Origin: Candidatus Entotheonellaceae bacterium
GTDB lineage: Bacteria > Tectomicrobia > Entotheonellia > Entotheonellales > Entotheonellaceae
Reading direction: 5' to 3'
Length of the DNA: 64,000 bases
Assembly (NCBI GenBank): GCA_965238075.1
Contig: OZ250173.1
Span: 2,784,001 to 2,848,000, forward strand
How positions within the stretch are numbered: the first letter of the stretch is position 1; each line of letters starts with the position of its first letter. The notes beneath the pieces are model-generated. The model saw only the letters and a list, made by a program, of their open reading frames with translations, made no database searches and was not told the DNA's origin. Shown in pieces: positions 49,430-59,531 of this stretch. The position numbers and the translations under genes were made by a program.

Positions 49430-50901
49430 CGGCGCATCTGCCGGTTCTGATCGTTGTCCTGCCGCTCGCGGCCGCCGTGGCCGTGCCCCTTGTTGCGCTG
49501 GTGTCCCTGAAGGCGGCGTTCGCCGTCTCGTGTCTGACGCTTGCGGCCGCTGGTGTGGCCAGTTGCGCGGCGTTGTCGCATGTGCTGGCGCACGGCGTTT
49601 TGCGGTACGAGCTAGGCGGCTGGGCACCGCCGTGGGGCATCGAGTACGTTGTCGATCCGCTGTCCGGGGGCATGGCGGCCCTGATCACGCTCGTCGCCGT
49701 GTGCGTCGCGGTATATGCCGGCCCGCGGGTCAACGGCGGCTCGGCGGCGCGCGCCGGCATGTTTCATAGCCTGTTCCTGCTCCTCGTCACCGGCCTGTTG
49801 GGCATCGTGCTGACGGGGGACATGTTCAACCTCTACGTGTTCCTGGAAATCTCGTCGCTGGCCGCCTACGCCCTGCTGGCCTCGGGCGGCATTCGCGGCA
49901 CGGTGGCAACTTTCCGTTATCTCATCGTCGGCACGATTGCCGCGACGTTCTACCTGCTGGGAACCGGCTACCTGTACGCCCTCACCGGCACGCTCAACAT
50001 GGCCGACATGGCGGCGCGCCTGACGGCTGTCATGGATGCACGGGCTTACGGCGTTGCGGTGGTGCTGATCGTCATCGGGCTGGCGATCAAGGCGGCGCTG
50101 TTCCCGCTGCACGGCTGGCTGCCGGACGCTTACACGTATGCGCCGGCGCCGGTCACCGGCTTCATCGCCGCGGTGATGACGAAGGTTAGTGCGTACGCGC
50201 TGTTCCGAGTGCTCTACTTCGTAACGCCCGCCGAGGGGGCTTCGGCGCAGGCCCTGATGCTGTTGGGTTGGGTGTCGGTCATTGCCGTGCTGGCGGGTTC
50301 CATCCTGGCGATGGCGCAGCAGGATATCCGTCGCATGTTGGCCTATTCGAGCGTCGGGCAGATGGGCTACATCGTTCTCGGCCTGTCGCTGGGCACTCCG
50401 GCTGCGTTGATTGGCTCGCTGTTGCACCTGTTCGGCCACGCCATCATGAAAGGCTGCCTGTTCCTGGTTGTCGGCGGTATCCGGTGGCGCACGGGCATAT
50501 ACAAGATTAGCGATTATACCGGCATGGGCCGCCGCATGCCGCTGACCATGGCCGCGTTTGTCGTCGCGGCGCTGGCCATGATCGGGCTGCCGCCGACCTT
50601 GGGCTTCTTCAGCAAATGGTATTTGCTCAGCGGCGCCGTCGAGGCGGGCGCCTGGCTGTTCGTGGTGGCGCTGGTGCTGAGCAGCCTGCTGAGCGTCGTG
50701 TACTTCTTCCGCGTGTTCGAATTCGCCTACCTGAAAGCGCCGGAAGCGGGGCAGGGTACGCCGCCAAGGCAGGAACTCCCCCTGCACATGCTGGCGCCGA
50801 TTCTCGTTCTCACGGCCGCCGTGCTGGTCTTCGGCCTGTTGAACCAGCAGGTTGTGGGCGGCATCATCCGCCACGCGCTGCCGGGCGCCCTGGCGCCATA
50901 G
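49426..50901 (+). CDS. mrpD: Mrp subunit D-type proton-translocating subunit (1 of 3)
   Basis: GDMFNLYVFLE, FPLHGWLPDAY, RMLAYSS. Confidence 0.92.
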   Translation: MTAHLPVLIVVLPLAAAVAVPLVALVSLKAAFAVSCLTLAAAGVASCAALSHVLAHGVLRYELGGWAPPWGIEYVVDPLSGGMAALITLVAVCVAVYAGPRVNGGSAARAGMFHSLFLLLVTGLLGIVLTGDMFNLYVFLEISSLAAYALLASGGIRGTVATFRYLIVGTIAATFYLLGTGYLYALTGTLNMADMAARLTAVMDARAYGVAVVLIVIGLAIKAALFPLHGWLPDAYTYAPAPVTGFIAAVMTKVSAYALFRVLYFVTPAEGASAQALMLLGWVSVIAVLAGSILAMAQQDIRRMLAYSSVGQMGYIVLGLSLGTPAALIGSLLHLFGHAIMKGCLFLVVGGIRWRTGIYKISDYTGMGRRMPLTMAAFVVAALAMIGLPPTLGFFSKWYLLSGAVEAGAWLFVVALVLSSLLSVVYFFRVFEFAYLKAPEAGQGTPPRQELPLHMLAPILVLTAAVLVFGLLNQQVVGGIIRHALPGALAP

Positions 50902-50922
50902 CCAAACGGAAGGGCTCCGTCC

Positions 50923-52425
50923 ATGTCCCACTATCCGCTCCTGGCCGTGCTGGTTTCCTTGCTCGCCGCCGGGGCGATTCTGCTCTCCGACCGGCGCCCG
51001 AATGTGCGCGAGGCGTGGACGTTCGCTGCCGCCGCCGTCAAGTTTCTGCTGGTGGTTTCGATGCTGCCGACGGTCCTGGCCGGCGGCGTCATCGAAGCTA
51101 CCTACGCCGAGTTGCTGCCCGGCTGGTCCCTGCACCTGCGCGCCGACCTGTTCGGCCTCATCTTCGCCCTGCTCGCCTCCGGCTTGTGGATTCTCACCTC
51201 CATTTATTCAATCGGCTACATGCGCGCCGGGCATTACACCCACCAGACCGGCTATTTCGCCTGCTTCGCGGTGTGCCTGTCCGCCACCATGGGCATTGCC
51301 TTCGCCGGCAATCTGATCACCTTTTTTCTGTTCTATGAGATGTTGACCCTGGCCACCTATCCCCTGGTGGTGCACGACCGCACCGAGGAGGCGGTGTCGG
51401 CGGGCAGAAAATACCTGGCGTACACTCTCGGTGCCGGGCAGTTGCTGCTGCTAGCCATTGTCGCCATCGCAATTCTAGCGCCGGGCGCGTCGTTCCAGCC
51501 CGGCGGCTTCCTTATGGGCAAGGCGCCGCTGGGCGTGCTGGGACTGGTGTTCGTTCTGGGCCTGATCGGCGTCGGGGCCAAGGCGGCCATCATGCCGTTG
51601 CACAGCTGGCTGCCGGCCGCCATGGTGGCGCCGACTCCGGTAAGCGCGTTGCTGCATGCCGTGGCGGTAGTCAAGGCCGGAACCTTCGGCTGCCTGCGGC
51701 TGGTGCATTACGTGTTCGGCGTCGATCTACTGCGGGCCATGGGGGCGGACACGGTTCTGGCGGTGGCCGCGGCGCTGACCATCCTGCTGGCGTCGGTGCG
51801 CGCCCTGGGCGAGCAGAATCTCAAGCGCCGGCTGGCCTATTCCACGGTAAGCCAACTCTCCTACATCGTCCTGGGCGCAGCGCTCGGTTCGACGGCCGCG
51901 GTGGCCGGCGCGATGTTCCACATCGTGGCGCACGGCTTTATGAAAATCACCTTGTTCTTCTGTGCCGGGGCCATTTACATCAAGACACACAAGCTGGAAA
52001 TCCCCGACTTGGCGGGCCTGGGCCGGCAAATGCCCATCACCTTCGGCGCCTTTACTCTCGGCGCGCTGGGACTGGCCGGCATGCCGTTGTGCGTCGGCTT
52101 CATCAGCAAATGGAATCTGGGCATGGGGGCGCTGCAATCTGGCCAGGCCGTGTTTCTAGCGGTGTTTGTCGCCAGCGGCATTCTCAATTTCGCCTACTTT
52201 TTCCCCATCGTTTACACTGCTTTCTTTGGTCGACCCGAGCAGGTCCGTCGCTTCGACGAGGTTGGCGCCGCCCTGTGGGCACCCTTGGCCGCGACGGCGG
52301 TTGTTTCGCTCATCCTGGGCGTCTATCCGAACGCCGGGCTGCAGTTTTACCACCTGGCGTGGAGCGCTGCCGAAAGCGTCATGGCCGGGTCAGGGCAGGC
52401 GCTGGCAGGAGGAGGGATGCCTTGA
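50923..52425 (+). CDS. Mrp D/A-type subunit (2 of 3)
   Basis: WLPAAMVAPTPVSALLHAVAVVK, RRLAYST. Confidence 0.9.
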   Translation: MSHYPLLAVLVSLLAAGAILLSDRRPNVREAWTFAAAAVKFLLVVSMLPTVLAGGVIEATYAELLPGWSLHLRADLFGLIFALLASGLWILTSIYSIGYMRAGHYTHQTGYFACFAVCLSATMGIAFAGNLITFFLFYEMLTLATYPLVVHDRTEEAVSAGRKYLAYTLGAGQLLLLAIVAIAILAPGASFQPGGFLMGKAPLGVLGLVFVLGLIGVGAKAAIMPLHSWLPAAMVAPTPVSALLHAVAVVKAGTFGCLRLVHYVFGVDLLRAMGADTVLAVAAALTILLASVRALGEQNLKRRLAYSTVSQLSYIVLGAALGSTAAVAGAMFHIVAHGFMKITLFFCAGAIYIKTHKLEIPDLAGLGRQMPITFGAFTLGALGLAGMPLCVGFISKWNLGMGALQSGQAVFLAVFVASGILNFAYFFPIVYTAFFGRPEQVRRFDEVGAALWAPLAATAVVSLILGVYPNAGLQFYHLAWSAAESVMAGSGQALAGGGMP

Positions 52426-52652
52426 AACGAGCAGCGGCCGTTCTGGTTGCTGGGGTCATCGGCGTGAGTGTGGTGCTGGAAATCATGTATCGCCATCACG
52501 GCCACCCAGTGTTCTGGTGGCAGGCGACGCCGGTGTTCGATTTCGTCTACGGAACCGCCGGGTGTCTGGCGCTGGTGCTCGGCGCCAAGTGGCTGGGCCA
52601 CGCCTGGCTGCAACGAGACCACCTGTACACCGACGAGGATGAGCCGGCATGA
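52422..52652 (+). CDS. Small two-TM accessory protein in the mrp operon
   Basis: TTG start after AGGAGG, overlapping both neighbours; two hydrophobic segments around a His-rich loop. Confidence 0.7.
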   Translation: MKRAAAVLVAGVIGVSVVLEIMYRHHGHPVFWWQATPVFDFVYGTAGCLALVLGAKWLGHAWLQRDHLYTDEDEPA

Positions 52653-54427
52653 GCGCCCTGCACCCCGCATTCGTGCTGTTCGTGACCGCCTGTGTGGCGA
52701 TGGCTGCGCGCGGTGTCTTGCGGCAGATCGTTCTGCTGGCCGGGACGCTGGCAACGCTTTGGGCGACATGGGAGCTCGACGCCGCCGCGAGCTTGTCGTG
52801 GGCGCTGCCCAACTACACGCTGCACGTGTTGCACGTGGACGCCCTGAGCCATGTGTTCGGCCTTATCTTCAGCCTGATTGCCTGCATCGGCGTTCTGTAT
52901 GCCTTGCACGTGCGGCGCGGCGGCGAGCACGCCGCCACCCTGGTCTACGCTGGTGGCGGCCTCGGGGTCGTGTTCGCCGGCGATTGGATCACGCTGTTCG
53001 TCTTTTGGGAGCTGATGGCGGTGGCGTCGCTGTTCGTGGTGTGGTTCGGCGGCACGGCGCAGTCGCAGGCGGCCGGATACCGATATCTGCTGGTGCACAT
53101 TTTCGGCGGCTCGCTGTTGTTTTGCGGCATTTTGCTCCACCTGTTCCATGGCGGCGACGTCAACCTGGCGGCCCTGACGCAGAGCGAAACGCCGGTCGCC
53201 GCCTTCTGGCTCATTCTTCTGGGCGTGGTGATCAACGCCGCGGTGCCGCCGCTGCACGCCTGGTTGACGGATGCCTATCCGGAAGCCTCGGTCACCGGCA
53301 GCGTGTTCCTGAGCGCGTTCACCACCAAGACAGCCGTTTACGTGCTCATCCGCCTTTTTCCGGGCGCCGAGGTCCTGCTGTGGGCCGGGGCGGTCATGAC
53401 CCTGTACGGCGTGGTCTACGCCATCCTCGAAAACGATATCCGCCGGCTGCTGGCCTACCACATCGTCAGTCAGGTCGGCTACATGGTGGCAGCGGTGGGC
53501 ATGGGCACGGCGCTGGCCCTGAACGGCAGCGGCGCTCACGCCTTCTGCCACATTCTATACAAAGCACTGCTGTTCATGGGCGCCGGGGCGGTGATCCAGG
53601 CGACCGGCAAACGCAAACTGAGCGATCTTGGCGGCCTGAGCGGCACCATGCCGCTCGTTTTCGGCCTGTACATGGTGGCCGCGCTGTCGATTTCCGGCGT
53701 GCCGCTGTTCAACGGCTTCACCAGCAAGTCGATGATCGTCTCGGCTGCCGCCGAAGCGCATTTGCCGCTGCCGGAACTTCTGCTGACGTTGGCCGGCGTG
53801 GGCACCTTTCTGAGCGTCGGGCTGAAGCTGCCGTATTTCACCTTCATGGGCGGCGACCGCGGTCTGTCACCGCAGCGTCTGCCGATCAACATGCTCCTGG
53901 CGATGGCCGTGGGCGCCTTCTTCTGCGTCTGGCTGGGCCTCTTCCCGCAAGCGCTATACGCGCGGCTGCCGTTTGCCGCCGAGTACCATCCGTTTACCGT
54001 CGATCACGTCGTGTCGTCGCTGCAACTGCTGATCGGCACGGGGCTCGCCTTCTGGTGGCTGCTGGACCGGTTCCACCGTGAGACGACGGTGACCCTGGAC
54101 ATGGATTGGTTCTACCGCCGGCCGCTGCAAGCCGTGTTCGCCCATCTAATCGCCCTTGCGCGACAGGCCGGGACTGTCTTGGAAGCCTTCTGCGCGCGCG
54201 TGTTGCAGGCGCTGCTGCCCTATGCCCGCAATCCGTATCTCGTGCCCGACAGGCTCACCGGTGCCCCCCTGCATCTCCCACCTATTGCCGACAAAGCGTC
54301 GCCCGGCGGTGCCATGCCGGCCCTGACGTACGACGAGAATCGCTACCGCCTGCCGATCGGCGCCACGGTGATGTGGATCGTGGTGTTCCTCGCCGGTTTG
54401 GCGCTGGTCATTTTCGTGGCGGCATAA
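52649..54427 (+). CDS. Mrp D/A-type subunit (3 of 3)
   Basis: PPLHAWLTDAYPE, FTTK, RLLAYH, YKALLFM. Confidence 0.9.
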   Translation: MSALHPAFVLFVTACVAMAARGVLRQIVLLAGTLATLWATWELDAAASLSWALPNYTLHVLHVDALSHVFGLIFSLIACIGVLYALHVRRGGEHAATLVYAGGGLGVVFAGDWITLFVFWELMAVASLFVVWFGGTAQSQAAGYRYLLVHIFGGSLLFCGILLHLFHGGDVNLAALTQSETPVAAFWLILLGVVINAAVPPLHAWLTDAYPEASVTGSVFLSAFTTKTAVYVLIRLFPGAEVLLWAGAVMTLYGVVYAILENDIRRLLAYHIVSQVGYMVAAVGMGTALALNGSGAHAFCHILYKALLFMGAGAVIQATGKRKLSDLGGLSGTMPLVFGLYMVAALSISGVPLFNGFTSKSMIVSAAAEAHLPLPELLLTLAGVGTFLSVGLKLPYFTFMGGDRGLSPQRLPINMLLAMAVGAFFCVWLGLFPQALYARLPFAAEYHPFTVDHVVSSLQLLIGTGLAFWWLLDRFHRETTVTLDMDWFYRRPLQAVFAHLIALARQAGTVLEAFCARVLQALLPYARNPYLVPDRLTGAPLHLPPIADKASPGGAMPALTYDENRYRLPIGATVMWIVVFLAGLALVIFVAA

Positions 54428-54511
54428 ATCTGGAAATATCCGTGTTGATGGGCTACCATCGCTTTCTCAGGCCCTTCAGAGACGCCCATCCTCCCCGCAG
54501 AGAGCATACCC

Positions 54512-54622
54512 ATGACGGTTTCAACCAAGCTGATGACCGCCGATGAACTCCTCAAGCTGCCCGACGACGGCAACCCGGTATTCGACGGATTCAGCGCTGA
54601 GGTGCGCGACTTGTTTCGTTAA
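54512..54622 (+). pseudogene. Internally deleted Uma2-family endonuclease relic (36 aa)
   Basis: MTVSTKLMTADELLKLPDDG-NPVFDGFSAEVRDLFR*: typical Uma2 N-terminus fused to typical Uma2 C-terminus. Confidence 0.7.
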
Positions 54623-54658
54623 CCTGCATCCTGATATGCAAAAAGGAGCTCTTACGCC

Positions 54659-55873
54659 ATGGCGCAAAGCACCGCATTAGCGGGTATCAAAGTTCTTGAT
54701 TTGACACAATTCGAGGCCGGGACATCGTGCACCGAGGCGCTCGCCTGGCTGGGTGCCGACATTATCAAGGTCGAAAATCCCGACGGCGGCGACCAGGGAC
54801 GTAGCGCGTCCACCGACCAGGATGGCGTTGATTCGCCTTATTTCATGCTGCTCAACGCCAACAAGCGCAGCATCACCCTGAACCTGCGCACCTCCCGCGG
54901 CCGCGAGTTGTTCACGGAGATGCTGAAAAAAGCCGACATCATGATCGAGAATTTCGCCCCTGGAACGATCGAGCGGCTGGGCTTTGGCTTTGACGCGGTG
55001 CATGAGATCAACCCGCGTGTCATCTACGCGCAGATCAAGGGCTTTGGGCCGGGGCCGTACGAGAATTACGTCAGTTTCGACATGATCGCGCAGTCTGCCG
55101 GCGGTTCGCTGAGCCTGACCGGCACGCCGGAGACGGAACCGCTGAAACCCGGTCCGACCATCGGCGATACCGGCACCGGGCTGCACTGCGCCATCGGCGT
55201 TCTGGCGGCGCTGCATCAGCGACAGCAAACCGGCAAGGGGCAGCGTATCCAGGTGGCTATGCAGGACGCCGTAATCAACTTCAGCCGCATCGCCTTCGCC
55301 CGCCAAGCGCTGAGCGGCGAGGCCGCCGTCAGGTCGGGCAATCGCAGCGCCCTCGGCACCACGGCGCCCAGCGGGCTCTATCCCTGCAAGGGCGGCGGGC
55401 TGAACGACTACTGTTTCATCTACACCAGCCGCGCCGGCAACCGGCACTGGGACCGGCTGCTGAAGGCCATTGACCGCGAGGACCTGATCGGCGACGAGCG
55501 GTTCAATTCGCCGCAGAAGCGCTGGGCCAATCACGACGAGGTGGACCGCCTGCTGACCGAATTCACCCAGAGCCGCACCAAGCGGGAAGTCATGCAAACC
55601 CTGGGCGACGCCGGGGTTCCCGCCGGTGCGGTGTACGACACGCTGGAACTGACCGAGGACCAAGCTTTGCAGGACCGAGAAATGATTGTCACGGTGGATC
55701 ATCCCGAGCGTGGCAAGTTCACCCTGCCGGGATGGCCGGTCAAGATGTCGGATTCCCACGTCGACGTCGATCGCTCCCCGCTGCTCGGTGAGCACAACAG
55801 CGAGGTCTATGCCGAATGGCTGGACCTGACGCCTGACGATCTGGAAGACCTGAAATCGCAGGACGTCATCTGA
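54659..55873 (+). CDS. Class III CoA transferase (formyl-CoA transferase/CaiB-like)
   Basis: LDLTQFEAG, NANKRSITLN, ENFAPG, IGDTGTG catalytic Asp, PLLGEH. Confidence 0.92.
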   Translation: MAQSTALAGIKVLDLTQFEAGTSCTEALAWLGADIIKVENPDGGDQGRSASTDQDGVDSPYFMLLNANKRSITLNLRTSRGRELFTEMLKKADIMIENFAPGTIERLGFGFDAVHEINPRVIYAQIKGFGPGPYENYVSFDMIAQSAGGSLSLTGTPETEPLKPGPTIGDTGTGLHCAIGVLAALHQRQQTGKGQRIQVAMQDAVINFSRIAFARQALSGEAAVRSGNRSALGTTAPSGLYPCKGGGLNDYCFIYTSRAGNRHWDRLLKAIDREDLIGDERFNSPQKRWANHDEVDRLLTEFTQSRTKREVMQTLGDAGVPAGAVYDTLELTEDQALQDREMIVTVDHPERGKFTLPGWPVKMSDSHVDVDRSPLLGEHNSEVYAEWLDLTPDDLEDLKSQDVI

Positions 55874-55875
55874 GT

Positions 55876-57033
55876 TTACGGCGCCGCCCCGTCTCCGCGG
55901 CGCCACAGGGTGATGAGCGCCACGGCCATCATGGCGCTCGTGGTGACCAGCGGAAATCCTACCGCGCCCATCAGGGCGATAGCGCCGCCCGCCAACGGCC
56001 CGCCGGACAGCATGCCCAACTCCCAGGTCAGGATGAAGGCCGCGTTTGCCGCGGCCATGCCGCCGGTTTGGAAACGGCTGCCCAAGAGCGTCAATCCCGC
56101 CGTGTAGAGACCCAGGCTGATCCCCCCGCTGCAAAACGCCAGGGCATACAGGGGCACCGTCGTCCGGATGAAGGCGTGCACCAGCAGGCTGGACCCGGCC
56201 GCTGCCAGAGCCATGTGAGCCAGCAGCCGGCGGCGATCGAGTCGATCCACCGCCCAACCGACCGGCGCCTGCAAGAGAACCCCGCCCGTCAGATAAGTGG
56301 CGTGCAGCCACACCGCGTCTCCCTGCGTCAATCCGGCGCTTACCCCGTAAAGCGCCATGAGCCCCAGGGCCGAGCCCTGCGCGATGCCCATCATCAATGC
56401 CGAGGCCATCAGCCTTGGCGCTTGTCGGACCCGGACGAACAGGTCGGCTGGGGGCATTTCACTCGTCGGCGGGGCGCCCTTGCGCCCGAGGGGAATCAGG
56501 GCCGTTGCCGCTACCGACAGAATGATCATGATGAAGAAGGGGAAATTGCCGCTCATGTCCAAAAAATCGAGCGAAGCGGAGCCGGCCGCGGTGCCGCCGA
56601 TGAAGCAGGCCACGTAGAGGGACAGGATGCGTCCGCGGCGGGCATCGGACGCGGCCTGATTGACCCAGCTTTCGCTGGATATCCAGTGCAGGGCGAGCCC
56701 GAGTCCGGCGACGAACCGGCAGGCCGTCCAGGCGCCAAACCCTGCCTGCCACATCATGCCGAGCAGGGCGAGGGCAAACAGGCTGGCGCCCAGGCCGATG
56801 GCCATCGGGTAGCCGATGCGCCTGAGAATGCGAGTGGTGAGGGGGGCGATGCACAGAACCGCCACGGAGGAGGCGGCTGCGTTCAGTCCGATCCATCCTG
56901 CGGTGACGCCGAGGTCGTGCAGGCGCAGCGGGACGAGCGGCAGGAACATACCCACGGCAAACCCGAGCAGCACGTTGTTGAGCAGAACCGCTGCAATGCC
57001 GCGGGCTTGCTGGGAGAGGAAAGTCATGCGCAT
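55876..57033 (-). CDS. MFS transporter
   Basis: About 12 TMs, ESWVN..RG, DRLDRR; start uncertain (57033 or 57027). Confidence 0.85.
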   Translation of the reverse strand: MRMTFLSQQARGIAAVLLNNVLLGFAVGMFLPLVPLRLHDLGVTAGWIGLNAAASSVAVLCIAPLTTRILRRIGYPMAIGLGASLFALALLGMMWQAGFGAWTACRFVAGLGLALHWISSESWVNQAASDARRGRILSLYVACFIGGTAAGSASLDFLDMSGNFPFFIMIILSVAATALIPLGRKGAPPTSEMPPADLFVRVRQAPRLMASALMMGIAQGSALGLMALYGVSAGLTQGDAVWLHATYLTGGVLLQAPVGWAVDRLDRRRLLAHMALAAAGSSLLVHAFIRTTVPLYALAFCSGGISLGLYTAGLTLLGSRFQTGGMAAANAAFILTWELGMLSGGPLAGGAIALMGAVGFPLVTTSAMMAVALITLWRRGDGAAP

Positions 57034-57158
57034 CAGCCTACCACAATTGCTGGCGGCGAACCCGCAACGGGCCGGTCGCTCGAACGTGCTATGCTGGCGG
57101 CCCATTCCAGAGCGTGTGCAGACATGTGATGCACATCTTAACCCTGCTGGCAAACTCG

Positions 57159-57254
57159 CGTCACTCCGGCGGAGGCCAGAGGTTTTCCGGCAGCCAGGAC
57201 CTACCCCGAACTGCATCCGGGGTCGCTGGATTCCGGGTCAAGCCCGGAATGACC
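57159..57254. repeat. CGTC-type REP composite
   Basis: CGTCACTCCGGCGGAGGCC ... CTGGATTCCGGGTCAAGCCCGGAATGAC. Confidence 0.75.
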
Positions 57255-57333
57255 GATTTGAGCATTGGACGGGCAATTTTCATTAAGAAGACCATAGGCG
57301 CGAACCGATGACGACGAGGGAAGGGGAGGGCAG

Positions 57334-58122
57334 GTGGCACGATTGGCTGGTAAAGTGGCGGTGATAACAGGCGGGGCGGGCGGCATCGGCCGTGCCGCAG
57401 GTCGTCTTTTCGCTGCGGAAGGCGCCCGGGTGTTGTTGGTGGACGTCAACGAAGGGGCGCTGCAGCAGACCGTGGATGACATCGCGGGGGGCGCCGCCAG
57501 CTATGCGGTGGCGGATACGACGCAGCCCGTTTCGGTGCGGCAATTCCTCCATACGGCCGTTGAACGATACGGCGGCCTGGACGTCCTCCTGGCCAACGCC
57601 GGCGTTGAGGGCGAGCTCCACGCCATCGCGGATTACCCGGTCGAGGTGTTTGATCACGTCATGGCGGTCAACGTCCGCGGCGTCTGGCTGGGTGTCAGAG
57701 CGGCCATTCCCCTGATGCGTCAGCGGAGCGGCGGCAGCATCGTAATCACCTCATCGGTCGCCGGCATCCGCGGCTCCGCGGGCATGTCGGCCTACACGAC
57801 CAGCAAGCACGCCGTCATTGGCCTCATGCGCACCGCGGCGCTGGAATGCGCTGCCGACGGCATTCGGGTGAACACCGTCAATCCGGCGCCCATCGAAACC
57901 CGCATGATGCGTTCCCTCGAAGAAATGCGCACCTCATGGCTCGGCACCGACGCAACCGTGGAGAGCGTCAAGGCGTCGCATGCCGCGCGCATCCCGCTGC
58001 GGCGCTACGGCGACCCCGAGGAAGTCGCGCGGTTGATGCTGTTTCTGGCTAGCGACGAAAGCCGCTTCTGCACGGGCGGCGTGTATATGGTGGACGGCGG
58101 TTCTTCGGCTGGCATGGTCTAG
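57334..58122 (+). CDS. Short-chain dehydrogenase/reductase
   Basis: TGGAGGIG, ANAG, YTTSK. Confidence 0.95.
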   Translation: MARLAGKVAVITGGAGGIGRAAGRLFAAEGARVLLVDVNEGALQQTVDDIAGGAASYAVADTTQPVSVRQFLHTAVERYGGLDVLLANAGVEGELHAIADYPVEVFDHVMAVNVRGVWLGVRAAIPLMRQRSGGSIVITSSVAGIRGSAGMSAYTTSKHAVIGLMRTAALECAADGIRVNTVNPAPIETRMMRSLEEMRTSWLGTDATVESVKASHAARIPLRRYGDPEEVARLMLFLASDESRFCTGGVYMVDGGSSAGMV

Positions 58123-58130
58123 GGCGCTGG

Positions 58131-58139
58131 TGCTAGAAT
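58131..58139 (+). promoter_or_regulatory. Extended -10 element upstream of the RND operon
   Basis: TGcTAGAAT. Confidence 0.45.
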
Positions 58140-58211
58140 GCTCGCCATGGCACGCAAACCGTATGCTCAAGGAAAATTTTCCGGGCTGTCCTGCCCCATT
58201 GGTACACTTTA

Positions 58212-59501
58212 ATGCGCCGTAGGATGGCTACCGCCTTAGCGATCGTGCTTGTTGTTGGAGCCGTCGTTCTCGCCTACACCTATCTGTCGCCCGTTCCTAC
58301 GGCCGACAGTCCCGCCGCCGCCCAGCAGCCACCGACCGTCAAGCCGTTTCCCGTCCAGACCGTCATCGCCCGACGCGGCACGCTTACCCAGTCCCTCGCG
58401 GCCACGGGTGATATCCTGGCGGAGGCGCGCGTCGAGGTGTTTCCAAAAACCGCCGGGCATCTTGAGGAATTGAGCGTCGAGGAGGGTGATCCGGTGCGTG
58501 CCGGCCAGATGATCGCCCGTATTGCCAATGCCGAGTTTCAGGCCCGTGTGGCCAGGGCCGCCGCGGAGGTTGACGCGCTGCAGGCGGAGTGGGCGCAGAT
58601 GCAGTCCGGCGCACTGCCGGAGGAAATCGCCCAGGCGGTTGATGCAGTCGAGCACAGCCGCGCCGAATTGGCCAACGCCGAGGGGTTTACCGAACGCACG
58701 CGCGGCATGGTCGAGCGCGGCCTGCAACCCACCCAGGAACTCGAGGACGCCACACGCCGGCTGCGCCAGGCGCGTGCCATGCACAACAGCGCCAGCCAGC
58801 GCCTGCAACTGCTCCGCACCGGGGCGCGCAGCGAGACCCGCCAAGCCTTGCAAGCCCGCATTCGTGCCGCCCAGGCCGAGCATGAGCTGGCAACCATCGA
58901 GCTGCAGCACACCGTCATTACCTCTCCCATGGACGGCATCGTCAGCCACCGCCACGTCGATCCCGGCGCCTACGTGACGACAACCGACCCGCCCGTCGTG
59001 ACCATCGAGGCGATGCAGACCGTGAAGATTGAGATGCCCATCAGCGAGCGGGATATCGTGGCCGTGCGTCCGGGTCATAAGGCACTGATTCAGGTGGATG
59101 CGTACACCGACGAGCCGTTTCCGGGCACGGTGCGGCGCCTCGGCCCGACCGTCGATCCGAGCAGCCGCAGCGGCAAGGTAGAGATCGGTTTGGCGAACCC
59201 GGACTACCGGCTCAAGCCGGGAATGTTTGCGAAGGTGACGTTGATCCTGGCGGAGCGCGAGGATGTCGTGATCGTCCCGCGCGACGCCTTGCGGCCGGCC
59301 GGCACCGAGACGACGGTGTTCGTGTTCGTCGTCCGGGATGGGTTGGCGCATCGGCAGCCGGTCAGCACGGGCCTGATGAACGATACGCTGGTGGAGATTC
59401 GCGAGGGCTTGACGGCGGGCGACGAGGTGGTGCTCTCCGGGTACAACAGCCTGCAGGATCAGGCGCCGGTCAACGTCGTGCAATCGCAAGGTCGGGGCTG
59501 A
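58212..59501 (+). CDS. RND efflux periplasmic adaptor
   Basis: N-terminal TM, lipoyl halves (EEGDPV..GQ; ITSPMDG), long alpha-hairpin, LKPGMF. Confidence 0.93.
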   Translation: MRRRMATALAIVLVVGAVVLAYTYLSPVPTADSPAAAQQPPTVKPFPVQTVIARRGTLTQSLAATGDILAEARVEVFPKTAGHLEELSVEEGDPVRAGQMIARIANAEFQARVARAAAEVDALQAEWAQMQSGALPEEIAQAVDAVEHSRAELANAEGFTERTRGMVERGLQPTQELEDATRRLRQARAMHNSASQRLQLLRTGARSETRQALQARIRAAQAEHELATIELQHTVITSPMDGIVSHRHVDPGAYVTTTDPPVVTIEAMQTVKIEMPISERDIVAVRPGHKALIQVDAYTDEPFPGTVRRLGPTVDPSSRSGKVEIGLANPDYRLKPGMFAKVTLILAEREDVVIVPRDALRPAGTETTVFVFVVRDGLAHRQPVSTGLMNDTLVEIREGLTAGDEVVLSGYNSLQDQAPVNVVQSQGRG

Positions 59502-59531
59502 CGAACTGCTGAGCAGGGGAGGGAGCGAAGC

